Below, in pieces: positions 9,888-20,550 of a stretch of DNA of 64,000 nucleotides. Where the stretch lies: contig JAOINB010000001.1 in the NCBI GenBank assembly GCA_028139135.1, positions 45,171-109,170 of the forward strand, written 5' to 3'. Source of the DNA: Betaproteobacteria bacterium. Lineage in GTDB: Bacteria; Pseudomonadota; Gammaproteobacteria; Burkholderiales; Burkholderiaceae_A. A model generated the notes under the pieces. That model did not search any database. It was not told the DNA's origin and saw only the letters and a program-made list of their open reading frames with translations. Both the position numbers and the translations under genes were made by a program. Within the stretch, counting starts at the first letter, position 1. The number at the start of each line of letters is the position of its first letter.

Positions 9888-11573
9888 GTGACTGATAAAA
9901 ATACCGAGCCTTCAAAAGAACACTTGCAAAAATTAGTAGACTACTTTAACAAGAGAAGATTCAACGAAGTTGCTACATTAGGGGAACAAATTCTAAAAGA
10001 TTTTCCAAATAATGCTTTTGTTATGAATATGCTTGGATTAGCAAGCTTTAACATTGGAAAAAAAACCGATGCACTAAATTGGTTAAAAAAAGCTTATGAA
10101 ATAACCCCAGGAAACCTTGAAACAGCAAGCAATTTGGCGCTAATTCTGTATAGCGAAGGAAAGTATGAAGAAGCAATACCAATTTTCGAAACCATAGTCC
10201 GGACTAAATCTGATGTTCCGGAAATTCTTTTCAATTATGCAATTGCATTAGAGAAGGCAGGCTTTTTAGATAAAGCAGAAAGTACTTACGAAAAAATAAT
10301 TAAATTAAGAGAAGACTTTGGTCCAGCACATTACAACGCAGGCTTGCTGATGCAAAGAAAAGGAAATACCACGCAAGCTGTTAGCTCTTTAGAAAAAGCC
10401 GTTGCGCTCATGTCAGACAATGCGGAAGTAATTGCTGCTTTGGGAAGTGCTTTGAAAGAAAATGGTGATTACCAGAAAGCCAAAGAAAAAACACTTACGG
10501 CAATCAGTATGAAGGAAGATGCTCGCTTTTATTTTAATCTAGCGACAATATTTAGAGACCAGGGAGACCTAGACTCTGCTAAGGAAAAGTATCATGAGGC
10601 CCTAAGATTACAAAATAATTTTCCTGAAGCTTATAACAATTTAGGAGAAATTAGTAGAGATGAGGGTGACTCTGAAAAAGCTGCTGATTTTTTTAAAAAA
10701 GCGCTAAACGCGAATGCGTCATTCGGAAGAGCGTTATACAACTTAGGAATTTTGTATCAAGATAAAGGTGAATTCTCAGAAGCTGCAGATTCATTTAGAG
10801 AATCTAAACTTGAAGACTGGAAATCCCGAGTTTGTTATTGTTACTACAAAGGAAATAATTTAACAAAATTTCTTTCTGAGTTTGAAACCACAACGCACTT
10901 ACCGCATTGGTCTCCGCTACTTGCTAGTTTATCAGCGCATTATTCAAAAAGTTACAATAAGGCTGACCCATATAACTTTTGTTCTGATCCTTTAAAGTAT
11001 GTCCGCAAACAAACTATTGCCGTCCTAGCCGACTCCGGCAGTAAGTTTCGGACTGATTTAATAAATCAATTAAACGAATTAGAAATTGGTTCGAGAAAAC
11101 AAGGAAGATTAATCAATGGAGTTCAATCTGCGGGCAATTTGCTTCGAAGAAAAGAAGATGTTTTTCGAGTTCTTGCAGGCCATATTTTGGTCGAAATTGA
11201 TAATTATGTAGATGAACTCGATAAAGATTGTGAGTTTGTAAGAGCGTTTCCGAAAGCGCCATCTTTTCAAAGTTCGTGGTTTGTCAAAATGCAAAACCAA
11301 GGCCATTTGACCTCTCACATTCATGAAACAGGTTGGCTTAGCGGAGTAGTCTATTTACAAATCCCTGATAATCAACTCGATAACGACGGTAAAATTCAAT
11401 TTGGAATCGACGGTGACTCTTACCCGAATACCAATGTAACCTATCCGAAGAAGGTCCTCGACATAAACGAAGGGGATATTGTTTTATTTCCCTCCTCAGT
11501 TTTTCATCAAACTATACCGTTCAAATCAAAATCTGAAAGAATTTGTATTGCCTTTGATATATCACCTCCATAA
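9888..11573 (+). CDS. TPR-repeat protein fused to a C-terminal 2OG-Fe(II) oxygenase-like domain
   Basis: About 8 TPR units in the N-terminal 300 aa. C-terminus HLTSHIHETGWLSGVVYLQIP ... LFPSSVFHQTIP ... RICIAFD resembles the putative 2OG-Fe(II) oxygenase (PF13759-like) family. GTG start. Confidence 0.8.
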   Translation: MTDKNTEPSKEHLQKLVDYFNKRRFNEVATLGEQILKDFPNNAFVMNMLGLASFNIGKKTDALNWLKKAYEITPGNLETASNLALILYSEGKYEEAIPIFETIVRTKSDVPEILFNYAIALEKAGFLDKAESTYEKIIKLREDFGPAHYNAGLLMQRKGNTTQAVSSLEKAVALMSDNAEVIAALGSALKENGDYQKAKEKTLTAISMKEDARFYFNLATIFRDQGDLDSAKEKYHEALRLQNNFPEAYNNLGEISRDEGDSEKAADFFKKALNANASFGRALYNLGILYQDKGEFSEAADSFRESKLEDWKSRVCYCYYKGNNLTKFLSEFETTTHLPHWSPLLASLSAHYSKSYNKADPYNFCSDPLKYVRKQTIAVLADSGSKFRTDLINQLNELEIGSRKQGRLINGVQSAGNLLRRKEDVFRVLAGHILVEIDNYVDELDKDCEFVRAFPKAPSFQSSWFVKMQNQGHLTSHIHETGWLSGVVYLQIPDNQLDNDGKIQFGIDGDSYPNTNVTYPKKVLDINEGDIVLFPSSVFHQTIPFKSKSERICIAFDISPP

Positions 11574-11583
11574 AAACATGAGG

Positions 11584-11955
11584 CTAGGTTAAATCGCAGT
11601 TTGCCCGACGTGTAATTGTTGGTGAAACTCTGATTTCAAGTTTTAAACTTTTTTTCGAAAAAACTAGAGTTTGATTTTCTCCGTCCTCTCCACGACAATC
11701 TTCACCAGCCCATATCATTTCGGAATCCTCGTTGCAAATATTTCGTTCCATGCCGAGTGTTTCCACTTTGCTAGGGATTTTCATCAGATTTGATTTTTCA
11801 AAATAACTTCTGTGAATGTAAAGCGTGTAGTCATCCAGCGTCCCCTTAGAGTCTTTACACAAATACTCTTGAGAAGACATCAAAAAGCCACCACAACCTC
11901 CCATAATCATTAACGCAAACGTAGAAAGACCTGCCATAGTAATTTTAGTTAACAT
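11584..11955 (-). CDS. Small Cys-rich lipoprotein, hypothetical
   Basis: Lipobox-like MIMGGC, then a 100-aa domain with 5 more Cys. No family recognised. Confidence 0.5.
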   Translation of the reverse strand: MLTKITMAGLSTFALMIMGGCGGFLMSSQEYLCKDSKGTLDDYTLYIHRSYFEKSNLMKIPSKVETLGMERNICNEDSEMIWAGEDCRGEDGENQTLVFSKKSLKLEIRVSPTITRRANCDLT

Positions 11956-12013
11956 ATAAATCCCCCGAAAAATTTATACTCTACAGAGATCTTACCCTTA
12001 AAGTTACTCTTAT

Positions 12014-12301
12014 TTGTCCGATTATAAGCTTATGAAAGAAGAAGTGAAACCCGCCATTGCGTTTTGTGAAGTTTTGCGTCAGCAAAGAATCTCTCGCGGC
12101 TTAACCCACAAAGATTTAGGGCTAAGAGCGGGATTACCGGGAAAGTACATATACGATTTAGAGAATGGAAATGAAGAACCCTTTTTGAAAACAACGCATA
12201 AACTGGCTGCTGGATTAGGTTTTTCAACTTCGGGTTTTTTAAAGATTATAGAGCGTCGAATCTATGGGCTTGACAAACAATATGACTCTTCTGACTTCTA
12301 A
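12014..12301 (+). CDS. XRE-family helix-turn-helix transcriptional regulator
   Basis: LRQQRISRGLTHKDLGLRAGLPGKYIYDLENG is a classic HTH_3 motif. TTG at 12014, alternative ATG at 12032. Confidence 0.75.
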   Translation: MSDYKLMKEEVKPAIAFCEVLRQQRISRGLTHKDLGLRAGLPGKYIYDLENGNEEPFLKTTHKLAAGLGFSTSGFLKIIERRIYGLDKQYDSSDF

Positions 12302-12722
12302 CAGCACCGCTCCATTACTTAACAAGGTACTCTTGATTATTGGTACTTTGCTGCCGATTAACTCAGCCCTGTCTGGATGGCAGTTGGTTGGTGAGACACC
12401 GGTCTCAAGATACTTTACTGATATGACAACAATCAAGCCATCTGGAGATAAACGTACGGTTATGATGTACCAAAATTTACGATTCAAAAGAACATCGGAT
12501 GGCGCTGTTTCTATTGAGGCAAAATTAGAATATGACTGCAGATATAAAATGCATCGGATGCTAACAGCCACAGCGTACCCCGGCCCAAATTTAATAGGTA
12601 ACAAACTTAAATCGAAAGCCCCAGGTAATAACTGGAATCCAACATATAAAATAAGTCGATTTATGTTAACCGCAGTTTGTTCCGTTCCGAGCAGCGGAAA
12701 ACTAGAAATTAAAACCTATTGA
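12264..12722 (+). CDS. Adhesin-E-like small secreted protein (paralogue 2 of 4)
   Basis: Signal-like N-terminus, W-Q-L-V...LEYDC...AVC pattern. The probable start at ATG 12282 overlaps the XRE stop. Confidence 0.55.
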   Translation: MGLTNNMTLLTSNSTAPLLNKVLLIIGTLLPINSALSGWQLVGETPVSRYFTDMTTIKPSGDKRTVMMYQNLRFKRTSDGAVSIEAKLEYDCRYKMHRMLTATAYPGPNLIGNKLKSKAPGNNWNPTYKISRFMLTAVCSVPSSGKLEIKTY

Positions 12723-12871
12723 TTTTTTCCTTCCTTGTCTTTTCGTTCTTGCTGTTTCCGTTTTTTTTCTCTCCACAATTTGATATCTCGCATACTCCAC
12801 CAATACAGAAAAAGAACCCCGCCAAAAGTTATAACGATTTCTATAATGATTATTGGAAAAAAATCGTTCAT
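12716..12871 (-). CDS. Untracked 51-aa single-TM protein with a Lys/Arg-rich tail
   Basis: Own translation: MNDFFPIIIIEIVITFGGVLFLYWWSMRDIKLWREKKRKQQERKDKEGKNQ. Its ATG overlaps the TGA of the upstream MFS gene (ATGA). Below the ORF-track length cut-off. Confidence 0.4.
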   Translation of the reverse strand: MNDFFPIIIIEIVITFGGVLFLYWWSMRDIKLWREKKRKQQERKDKEGKNQ

Positions 12872-14037
12872 ATCTTATTTTTCTTCAAAAAAAATTCCCG
12901 AATAACTATTAAAATTCCGCCAAGTAACATTAAGAAGCCAGCAATCAAAATTGGAACATCATAACTTCCTGAATATTCTGCAAGAACCCCTGTAACAAAA
13001 GGGCCTATGATAAGCGCAAGCGCAAACCCAAAGGTAAGCTTAGCCATTTCCTTTGATGCGTTGCTCGGATTCAACCGCCCAGCTAAAGTCATAGTTAAAC
13101 TCACAATCCCTAGATTACTCATACCAAAAAGCAGGGTTGAAATAACAAATGTATCGAAATCCTCAAAAAATACAACCAACAGAAGAGATGTAGCATGCAT
13201 CATTATCGCAGAAAATAATGCTAGAAACATGGATGTCCTCTTCTCCACATAATCCCAAAAAAATAAGCTTGGGATACTTACCACACCGACTAATAACCAG
13301 GCTAAAAGACTATCTTCCTGAACAAATCCTCTTTCTACCGCTAAAGCTAATGTAAAAGTTGCACTTACAACAAAACCAAGGCCAGCGAAAAAATACATGG
13401 AGAGGATGCAAATAAAGTCAATTAATATATTTTCGTTTTTAGCCTCACCTTTAATTGACCTCCGTTTTGCAATCAACTTCTCTTTGATCACTGGTCTTAA
13501 AAACCAGGCTGGAAAAAAAAGCAGTAAACATAGAGCTCCAAAACCGAGCCATTGTTCATTCCAACGTAATTCGTTCTGAGAAAAAAAAATGCTCGCTAAC
13601 CCCGATAAAATGATGCCAACCCCAATACCGGAAAAATAGAACCCTAACTGTGGGGGACGATTAGATTTGTGCTGCAGCCACTGCATGGTAAGACCTGCTC
13701 CAATGATTACGCCAGCAGCTCCGCTTATCCCAGCAAAAAATCGAATTATTGACCAAGATAAAACCGATGTCGTCACTGCCATTAATAGTGTAGATAAAAC
13801 ACTAATTAACAAACCAAACATTAAAAATTGCTCTTTTTGTTTCGTGGTCACTAAAGTATAAGAAACTATCACTCCTACCAGGTAGCCGAGATAGTGAGCT
13901 GACGTCACCCAACCTCCCTCAGCAACTCCTAAACCTGCCTCAGCTTGCATAATAGGTAAGATAGGCGTGAAACCAAAACGTGAGACACCTAAAGTAATTG
14001 TTAGGATACAGACACTTGAAACAAAAATTTTTATCAT
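12868..14037 (-). CDS. MFS transporter (YbfB/YjiJ-like)
   Basis: About 12 predicted TM helices with MFS-type two-fold organisation. Confidence 0.85.
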   Translation of the reverse strand: MIKIFVSSVCILTITLGVSRFGFTPILPIMQAEAGLGVAEGGWVTSAHYLGYLVGVIVSYTLVTTKQKEQFLMFGLLISVLSTLLMAVTTSVLSWSIIRFFAGISGAAGVIIGAGLTMQWLQHKSNRPPQLGFYFSGIGVGIILSGLASIFFSQNELRWNEQWLGFGALCLLLFFPAWFLRPVIKEKLIAKRRSIKGEAKNENILIDFICILSMYFFAGLGFVVSATFTLALAVERGFVQEDSLLAWLLVGVVSIPSLFFWDYVEKRTSMFLALFSAIMMHATSLLLVVFFEDFDTFVISTLLFGMSNLGIVSLTMTLAGRLNPSNASKEMAKLTFGFALALIIGPFVTGVLAEYSGSYDVPILIAGFLMLLGGILIVIREFFLKKNKI

Positions 14038-14217
14038 TTTTATAGTTTATTTAATGAAACGAATACAGGAAAGCGAATTCTCGAGTTTAACAGAACATAA
14101 CTTTTCTAATAATGACTAACCAGTTATACTCATCAAAACCTTATTATTTCCCGTCAAAAAAATAGCTATTTTTGTAGAAATGTTGTTACTCGGTTAAATC
14201 TTTCAAGGAAAAAATTA
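14038..14217. promoter_or_regulatory. Divergent intergenic region (MFS / prpC operon)
   Basis: 180-nt AT-rich spacer between divergent genes. Promoters inferred from geometry only. Confidence 0.3.
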
Positions 14218-15369
14218 ATGAAAAAATCAGTAGCTTTGTCTGGCGTTCATGCGGGAAATACTGCTATATGCACGGTTGGCGAAAAGGGAAATGATTTATT
14301 CTACCGCGGGTATAAAATTGAAGACATAACAAACTCATGCTGTTTTGAGGAAGTTTATTTTCTCTTAATGAAGGGAAAACTGCCAACAGAAGAGGAATTG
14401 AATAATTTCTCCGACCAACTAGTTGAGCAACGAAATCTACCGTCTAATTTAGTTAGAACACTCGAACAACTTCCCAAATCCGCCCACCCAATGAATGTCA
14501 TGCAAACAATCGTATCCTTTATGGGTTGCATAGAAAATAAATTTGAGATTATAAATAATGCCGAAAAATTACAAAATCACTCAAAAAGACTCTTGTCAGT
14601 TCTTACGCCAGCACTTCTATATTGGTATCAGTTTTCCCATAAAGGAATAAGAATCTCTCTAAAATCCTCAGAAAAAAGAATCAGTGGCTACTTTTTGGAT
14701 CTTCTTCACCAAGGCGATTTTGATACAGACTGGGTTCAAACTATGGAAGCCTCTTTAATCTTATATGCTGAACACGAGTTTAACGCCTCCACTTTTGCTA
14801 GTAGAGTTATAGCTGGAACTAACTCAGATTTTTTCTCTTGTATCGCAGGAGCTATTGGGGCTCTTAGGGGTTCAAAACACGGGGGCGCTAACGAAGAAGC
14901 ACTGAAAATTCAAGAAGACTACCCTAATAAGAATTTGGCAAAAAAAAGTATTATGAGTAAGCTAAAAAGAAAAGAAATAATCATTGGTTTCGGGCATCCC
15001 GTTTATACGAAGAGAGACCCTCGAAATGAAATAATCAAAAAATATGCAAAAGCATTATCAGAAGGAAATCCAAATTCAAATCTGTTTGAAGTAGCTGAGG
15101 TTATCGAGACCACGATGCTACAGGAAAAGGATATGTTTGCTAACCTTGACTGGTATAGCGCTGTTTGTTTTTCCCATCTTAATATTCCAGTGAAACTTTT
15201 CACTCCTATATTCGTTATTGCGAGAACAGCGGGTTGGAGCGCACACATTATCGAACAACATAAAGAGAATAAGATAATAAGACCCTCTGCTAATTATGTG
15301 GGGCCAAAACCAAAAGAATTTGTTTCTATAAAGGAGAGAGAATCGAGTGATCCTTCAAAATACACCTAA
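14218..15369 (+). CDS. prpC: 2-methylcitrate synthase / citrate synthase family
   Basis: [14 protein letters not shown] signature and about 380 aa. Followed by prpD. Confidence 0.9.
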   Translation: MKKSVALSGVHAGNTAICTVGEKGNDLFYRGYKIEDITNSCCFEEVYFLLMKGKLPTEEELNNFSDQLVEQRNLPSNLVRTLEQLPKSAHPMNVMQTIVSFMGCIENKFEIINNAEKLQNHSKRLLSVLTPALLYWYQFSHKGIRISLKSSEKRISGYFLDLLHQGDFDTDWVQTMEASLILYAEHEFNASTFASRVIAGTNSDFFSCIAGAIGALRGSKHGGANEEALKIQEDYPNKNLAKKSIMSKLKRKEIIIGFGHPVYTKRDPRNEIIKKYAKALSEGNPNSNLFEVAEVIETTMLQEKDMFANLDWYSAVCFSHLNIPVKLFTPIFVIARTAGWSAHIIEQHKENKIIRPSANYVGPKPKEFVSIKERESSDPSKYT

Positions 15370-16789
15370 TAGGGAATTTGATAAAATCCTGCGGGAAATA
15401 ACAAACTACGTAAGCGAGGAAAAACATTTCAGTGAAGAAAGCCTACAAATCGCATCATACTGCCTCATGGATTCCATTGGTTGTGCGATTCAGGCGCTCG
15501 ACTATTCTGCCTGTAAAAAAGTTCTAGGGCCTTTTTATGATAATGGTTGTAAAAATGGAGTTAGAGTACCAGGAACGGCCTTTTCATTAAATCCGGTAGA
15601 AGGTGCATTTAATATAGCTACAATGATCCGCTGGCTGGACTTTAACGACACTTGGTTAGCTAAAGAATGGGGACATCCGTCGGATAACTTAGGTGCGATA
15701 TTAGCCTTAACAGACTGGATTTCGCAGCGAGAAAGAAAAATTCGTGCTATTTCAATCTTAGATAACCTTATTAAGGCACATGAAATTCAAGGAGTGATCG
15801 CATTAGAGAATTCGTTTAACGCTGTCGGTTTAGATCATGTAATTCTCGTAAAATTAGCTTCAACCGCTGTAGGTGCAAATATTCTAGACCTTCCAATGCA
15901 ACAAAAACTAAATTCGATTTCTCATGTTTTTCTGGATGGGAACCCACTTAGAACATATAGACACTTTCCAAATACAGGTTCGCGAAAGTCATGGGCAGCT
16001 GGCGATGCCTCGGCCCGCTCTGTATTTTTAAATTTATTATCTTCAAAAGGTGAGATGGGATATCCCACGGCACTCAGCGCTCCAAAATGGGGATTCTTTG
16101 ATGCCCTATTTAAGGGAAAAGAATTCATTCTTAATCATTCTTTTTCATCATACGTAATCGATAATATATTATTCAAAATATCATATCCTGCAGAATTTCA
16201 CGCCCAAACTGCTATCGAAGCTGCGATCATCCTTCACAATAAACTGAAAGAAGATATCAAAAAAATAAAGAAGGTAACAATTCGTACTCATGAATCCGCT
16301 ATTCGAATAATCGATAAAAAAGGACCTTTGAATAACCCTGCCGACAGAGACCATTGTATACAATACATGGTTGCAATTGGATTACTTTATGGCAATCTGG
16401 AGGCTAAACATTATGAAGACTCCGTTGCTGAGGACCCCCGAATAGATGAACTAAGAAACAAAATAGTTTGTATTGAAGACAAACAGTTTTCTCAAGATTA
16501 CTTGCTTCCGAGCAAGCGCTCAATTGCAAATGGAGTTCAGATTGAATTAGCTGGAGGTGTAAAATTACCAGAAGTAATAGTAGAATATCCTCTGGGTCAC
16601 AAAAATAGACGGAACGAAGGAATCCCTATTTTAATTAAGAAATTTAGAACCAATATGCAATCCTTATACACCGAAAAGGAAATTGATTTGTTAGTTGATT
16701 TCTTCAGTAATATCGACAACTTTCAAAAACACGATTCTGACTTTTTATTTGAGACATTATGGAAACGGGATTCTGGTCCCAATATTTAA
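15347..16789 (+). CDS. prpD: 2-methylcitrate dehydratase (MmgE/PrpD family)
   Basis: Full-length PrpD-like protein. GTG start with AAGGAGAG SD 9 nt upstream. 23-nt overlap with prpC. Confidence 0.9.
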   Translation: MILQNTPNREFDKILREITNYVSEEKHFSEESLQIASYCLMDSIGCAIQALDYSACKKVLGPFYDNGCKNGVRVPGTAFSLNPVEGAFNIATMIRWLDFNDTWLAKEWGHPSDNLGAILALTDWISQRERKIRAISILDNLIKAHEIQGVIALENSFNAVGLDHVILVKLASTAVGANILDLPMQQKLNSISHVFLDGNPLRTYRHFPNTGSRKSWAAGDASARSVFLNLLSSKGEMGYPTALSAPKWGFFDALFKGKEFILNHSFSSYVIDNILFKISYPAEFHAQTAIEAAIILHNKLKEDIKKIKKVTIRTHESAIRIIDKKGPLNNPADRDHCIQYMVAIGLLYGNLEAKHYEDSVAEDPRIDELRNKIVCIEDKQFSQDYLLPSKRSIANGVQIELAGGVKLPEVIVEYPLGHKNRRNEGIPILIKKFRTNMQSLYTEKEIDLLVDFFSNIDNFQKHDSDFLFETLWKRDSGPNI

Positions 16790-16790
16790 T

Positions 16791-18698
16791 TTGATTCAGT
16801 CACCTTACGAAATTTTAAACAATTATCACAAACTATCTATTGCTCGACCAAACGAATTTTGGAAAAAGCAAGCAGGATTAATTAATTGGTTTAGAAATCC
16901 TAAACACATTTGTGATTACACAAAACCACCGTACTGCGATTGGTTCTCTGATGGAAAAACTAACCTCTGTCTGAATGCCGTCGACAGGCATCTTGTCAAA
17001 AGGGGGAAACAAAAAGCTATCATTTTCAAATCGAGCGAGACCAATGAAGAGGAAACTTATTCATACAATCAGCTATATCATCGCATCCAGATATTCGCAA
17101 AAATTTTAATACAACAAAAAGTTCAAAGAGGCGACAGAGTAATCATTTATATGCCTATGATTCCAGAGGCGATTTTTGTAATGCTTGCGTGCGTAAGGAT
17201 TGGAGCAATACATTCTGTCGTTTTTGGTGGCTTTTCGGCAAATGCACTCGCCCTTAGAATCAAAGATGCAAATCCAACATTGATTGTTACTTGCGATGCG
17301 GGACTTAGAAATGGACGAGTTATCAATTACAAGGAAATCTCTGATCAGGCACAACTGCAAATTGAAAAAAAAAGAGTGCGGACATTGGTAGTAGATAGAA
17401 AGTTAACGCAATTTGACAGTATGGAAAGCGATATTGTCATCGAGAGGAATACAGTGCCAGAAGATTTAGACGTTAATGCTATAGCATGCGTCGAAATGAA
17501 ATCTACAGAACCCAGCTACATACTGTATACCTCCGGTACAACGGGTTCACCTAAAGGTATCCAAAGAGATACTGGTGGATATGCAGTTGCCCTAGCAGCC
17601 TCGATGCGTCTAATTTATGGATGCAGACCTGGGGAAGTATTTTTTTGTGCATCTGATATTGGATGGGTTGTTGGACATTCATATTTAGTCTACGGTCCTC
17701 TGATAAATGGTTGTACTAGTGTACTGTATGAGGGTCTACCAACCAAACCTCACCCAAATATTTGGTGGGATATAGTTGGAAAATATTCCGTCTCAGTTAT
17801 GTTTACCTCTCCAACCGCTATTAGAATTTTAAAAAAAGAAAAATCGCATAATGAAAAACAACTAAATATCGAGTCTCTCCGATCGCTCTTTCTTGCTGGT
17901 GAACCCTTAGACACAGGAACCAGTTCCTGGGTAAACGAGAAGCTCCCATCCGTAACAGTTATAGATAATTACTGGCAAACTGAAACGGGATGGCCGATAT
18001 TATCAGCTCAACTTGAAATTCAGAGAACGAAGATTAAACCAGGCAGTCCAAGCTTCCCAGTTTTTGGTTATGATCTTGCCTTAGCTAGCGATGACAAGCT
18101 GATAAACGAAAATGAAAGAAAAGGTATGTTGTGCTTAAAAGCACCACTCCCACCTGGTTCATTGCAAACCATCTGGCGAGATAACAATAGATTTATAAAT
18201 ACTTATTTTTTCAAAAGTAATAACTCGTATTTTTATATGACTTTTGATTTTGCTGAAATAGATAATGAAGGCTATTACTTCATGCTGGGCAGAACAGATG
18301 ACGTGATAAATGTTGCTGGCCATAGAATTGGAACTAGAGAAATAGAAGAAGCGCTTCAATTGCATGAATTGGTAGCTGAAACAGCTGTTATCGGCGTTCA
18401 GGATAAAATAAAAGGTCAGGTTCCTTTCGCATTTATAGTAAAGAAAGAGAACGTAGACCTAAGTGAAAATGATGATAATACCCTAAGAGAAGAACTGGAA
18501 GCTTTGATAACGGAGGAATTAGGGCGTTTCGCAAAGCCAAGTCAAATGTACTTCGTACCCAACTTACCAAAAACTCGATCAGGAAAATTACTAAGGAGAG
18601 CTTTACAGGCAATCTGCGAAGGAAGAGATCCGGGGGACCTAACTACAATTGAAGATAATAACGTACTGGAACCAATTAAAAAAATATTCAATTCTTAA
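16791..18698 (+). CDS. prpE: Propionyl-CoA / acetyl-CoA synthetase (AMP-forming)
   Basis: AMP-binding motif YTSGTTGSPKG and the ACS-like C-terminus. I place the start at the in-frame TTG 16791, just after the prpD stop, not at the track start 16695 inside prpD. Confidence 0.85.
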   Translation: MIQSPYEILNNYHKLSIARPNEFWKKQAGLINWFRNPKHICDYTKPPYCDWFSDGKTNLCLNAVDRHLVKRGKQKAIIFKSSETNEEETYSYNQLYHRIQIFAKILIQQKVQRGDRVIIYMPMIPEAIFVMLACVRIGAIHSVVFGGFSANALALRIKDANPTLIVTCDAGLRNGRVINYKEISDQAQLQIEKKRVRTLVVDRKLTQFDSMESDIVIERNTVPEDLDVNAIACVEMKSTEPSYILYTSGTTGSPKGIQRDTGGYAVALAASMRLIYGCRPGEVFFCASDIGWVVGHSYLVYGPLINGCTSVLYEGLPTKPHPNIWWDIVGKYSVSVMFTSPTAIRILKKEKSHNEKQLNIESLRSLFLAGEPLDTGTSSWVNEKLPSVTVIDNYWQTETGWPILSAQLEIQRTKIKPGSPSFPVFGYDLALASDDKLINENERKGMLCLKAPLPPGSLQTIWRDNNRFINTYFFKSNNSYFYMTFDFAEIDNEGYYFMLGRTDDVINVAGHRIGTREIEEALQLHELVAETAVIGVQDKIKGQVPFAFIVKKENVDLSENDDNTLREELEALITEELGRFAKPSQMYFVPNLPKTRSGKLLRRALQAICEGRDPGDLTTIEDNNVLEPIKKIFNS

Positions 18699-18717
18699 AT
18701 GAGTCAAGAAATTACTT

Positions 18718-19959
18718 TTATTTTAATAATGTTCTGAAATCTCCACTGCCTGGTTTCTGGTAAAGCCTGAGTCCGAATTCTGGTAAGATTGCAAAAAAAT
18801 GTTCAAAAATATCGCTTTGAATATTTTCATAGTCTTTCCACTTAGTCGTTGTGGTAAAACAATAGACTTCTAATGGAATCCCTTCCGCCGAAGATTCCAT
18901 CACCCTTACAATCCTGGTCATATCATCGTGAACCAAAGGATGCTCATGCAAATACAGATCGACATATGCCCTAAAAGTACCAAGGTTAGTAAGAGATCGT
19001 CTGTTCAACCTATCATGGGATAGACTGCCAATGCGAGTTTCCACTTCATCGTGATAAAGCTTAATACTCTCTTCTCTAGATTCAAGATACAATTTTATGC
19101 GCTCTGCACGCTTAAGTCTCTTCAAATCATCCTCAGATAAAAATCTTACTGAACTACTATCAATCACCAAAACTTTCTTGATTCGTCTACCTCCAGACTC
19201 AGCCATTCCTCGCCAATTTTTAAAACTTTCAGACATTAATCTCCAAGTTGGCACGGCAGTAATTGTTTTATCCCAATTTTGAACTCTGACAGTATGTAAA
19301 GCTATTTCAGTCACTTCTCCATCTGCTCCAACTTGCGGCATTTCTATCCAATCGCCAACCCTTAACATATCTGTCGCAGTCAACTGAATACCAGCAACAA
19401 AAGAAGTTAACGTATCTTTGAAAACTATTAATAAAACTGCGGACATGGCACCAATGCCCGACAAAAAGATTAAAGGTGACCGGTCGATTAAAGTAGAAAT
19501 AATTACTATTGTGCCAAGTATTATCAATAAAATTTTAGATAGCTGTACATAACTTTTAATAGCCTTGGGACGTTTTTCTTTTAACGCGTTCTGAACCTGC
19601 AAGTTCTCAAAAATATCTAGTAGCGCAAGTAAAACTCGCAAAAGGTAGAAAATAGTAACTGAAACAGCAATATTTTTAATAATTGACGTGACATCTTTAC
19701 TTACGTGCGGAACCAATCCAACCGCTATTTGAATAATCAGAGACGGAGCAATCAACGCCACCTTTCTAGTTAAATTTGTATGAAAAAACGCTTTAGTCCA
19801 TTCGGATTCAGCATACTTATACCAATTGTTGAAACTCTTTTGAACTAACCAGTTAGTCAACGGAAATGATATATATGCGGAAAATATTAGCAAGGATCCT
19901 CCGACAAACATTTCTACAATCTGTGCTGTATTTAGTTCTGAAATAGATAAGATTTCCAT
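18718..19959 (-). CDS. Mechanosensitive ion channel (MscS family)
   Basis: N-terminal TMs plus the conserved MscS beta-domain GDWIEMPQVGADGEVTEIALHTVRVQNWDKTITAVP. Confidence 0.85.
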   Translation of the reverse strand: MEILSISELNTAQIVEMFVGGSLLIFSAYISFPLTNWLVQKSFNNWYKYAESEWTKAFFHTNLTRKVALIAPSLIIQIAVGLVPHVSKDVTSIIKNIAVSVTIFYLLRVLLALLDIFENLQVQNALKEKRPKAIKSYVQLSKILLIILGTIVIISTLIDRSPLIFLSGIGAMSAVLLIVFKDTLTSFVAGIQLTATDMLRVGDWIEMPQVGADGEVTEIALHTVRVQNWDKTITAVPTWRLMSESFKNWRGMAESGGRRIKKVLVIDSSSVRFLSEDDLKRLKRAERIKLYLESREESIKLYHDEVETRIGSLSHDRLNRRSLTNLGTFRAYVDLYLHEHPLVHDDMTRIVRVMESSAEGIPLEVYCFTTTTKWKDYENIQSDIFEHFFAILPEFGLRLYQKPGSGDFRTLLK

Positions 19960-20070
19960 CTACACGAAGCTTTCGTAATAATTTCTTTAAATAAAAAAAT
20001 CTGATTATTAATTTGTCACAAAAAATAAAAGTATAATACTTTTATTTAAATTTAAAAAATAAAAGGCTTT

Positions 20071-20547
20071 TTGATTATGATTCTCACATTAATAATATCC
20101 ACAATTTTCACCCTCAACCTCCCATTTGTTATCGCTAACGATGCTACCGAAGTAATTAATATATCTGGTGGCCACACTAATGTAATTAGGCCTGGGCAAA
20201 ATACGATTGCCATTTACCTTGACACAATCGAAAATTCCTCAAATGAGGACATTGACTTAATCGCAGCATCCTCTCCATTTGCTAAAAATATTGAAATCCA
20301 CAGTATGCAAATTGTGGACAACGTAATGAAAATGAAAAAGCAAGAGAAAATAACTATATCTGCAAATTCCAAGGTTTCGCTCGGCAAAAAAAACCCTAAC
20401 AATTACCATTTGATGGTCTTTGATGTATCGCCTCAGATTACAGAAAGAAATAAGTTTACGATAAATCTTTCTTTTTCAAATGGAGAAAAACTACAAACCG
20501 AAATAAGTGTAAAAAAACATACAGAGAATCAACACAACCATCATTGA
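20071..20547 (+). CDS. Periplasmic copper chaperone PCu(A)C (DUF461)
   Basis: Signal peptide, H-x-M...M-x-M motif (IHSMQIVDNVMKMKK) and a His-rich tail. Start is TTG 20071 or ATG 20077. Confidence 0.75.
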   Translation: MIMILTLIISTIFTLNLPFVIANDATEVINISGGHTNVIRPGQNTIAIYLDTIENSSNEDIDLIAASSPFAKNIEIHSMQIVDNVMKMKKQEKITISANSKVSLGKKNPNNYHLMVFDVSPQITERNKFTINLSFSNGEKLQTEISVKKHTENQHNHH

Positions 20548-20550
20548 AAA

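Noticed and set aside
16695-16790. Track start of the acyl-CoA synthetase ORF, 95 nt inside prpD
   Set aside because: The N-terminal extension ([19 protein letters not shown]...) is not ACS-like. An in-frame TTG at 16791 immediately follows the prpD stop, and the conserved ACS N-terminus begins there.
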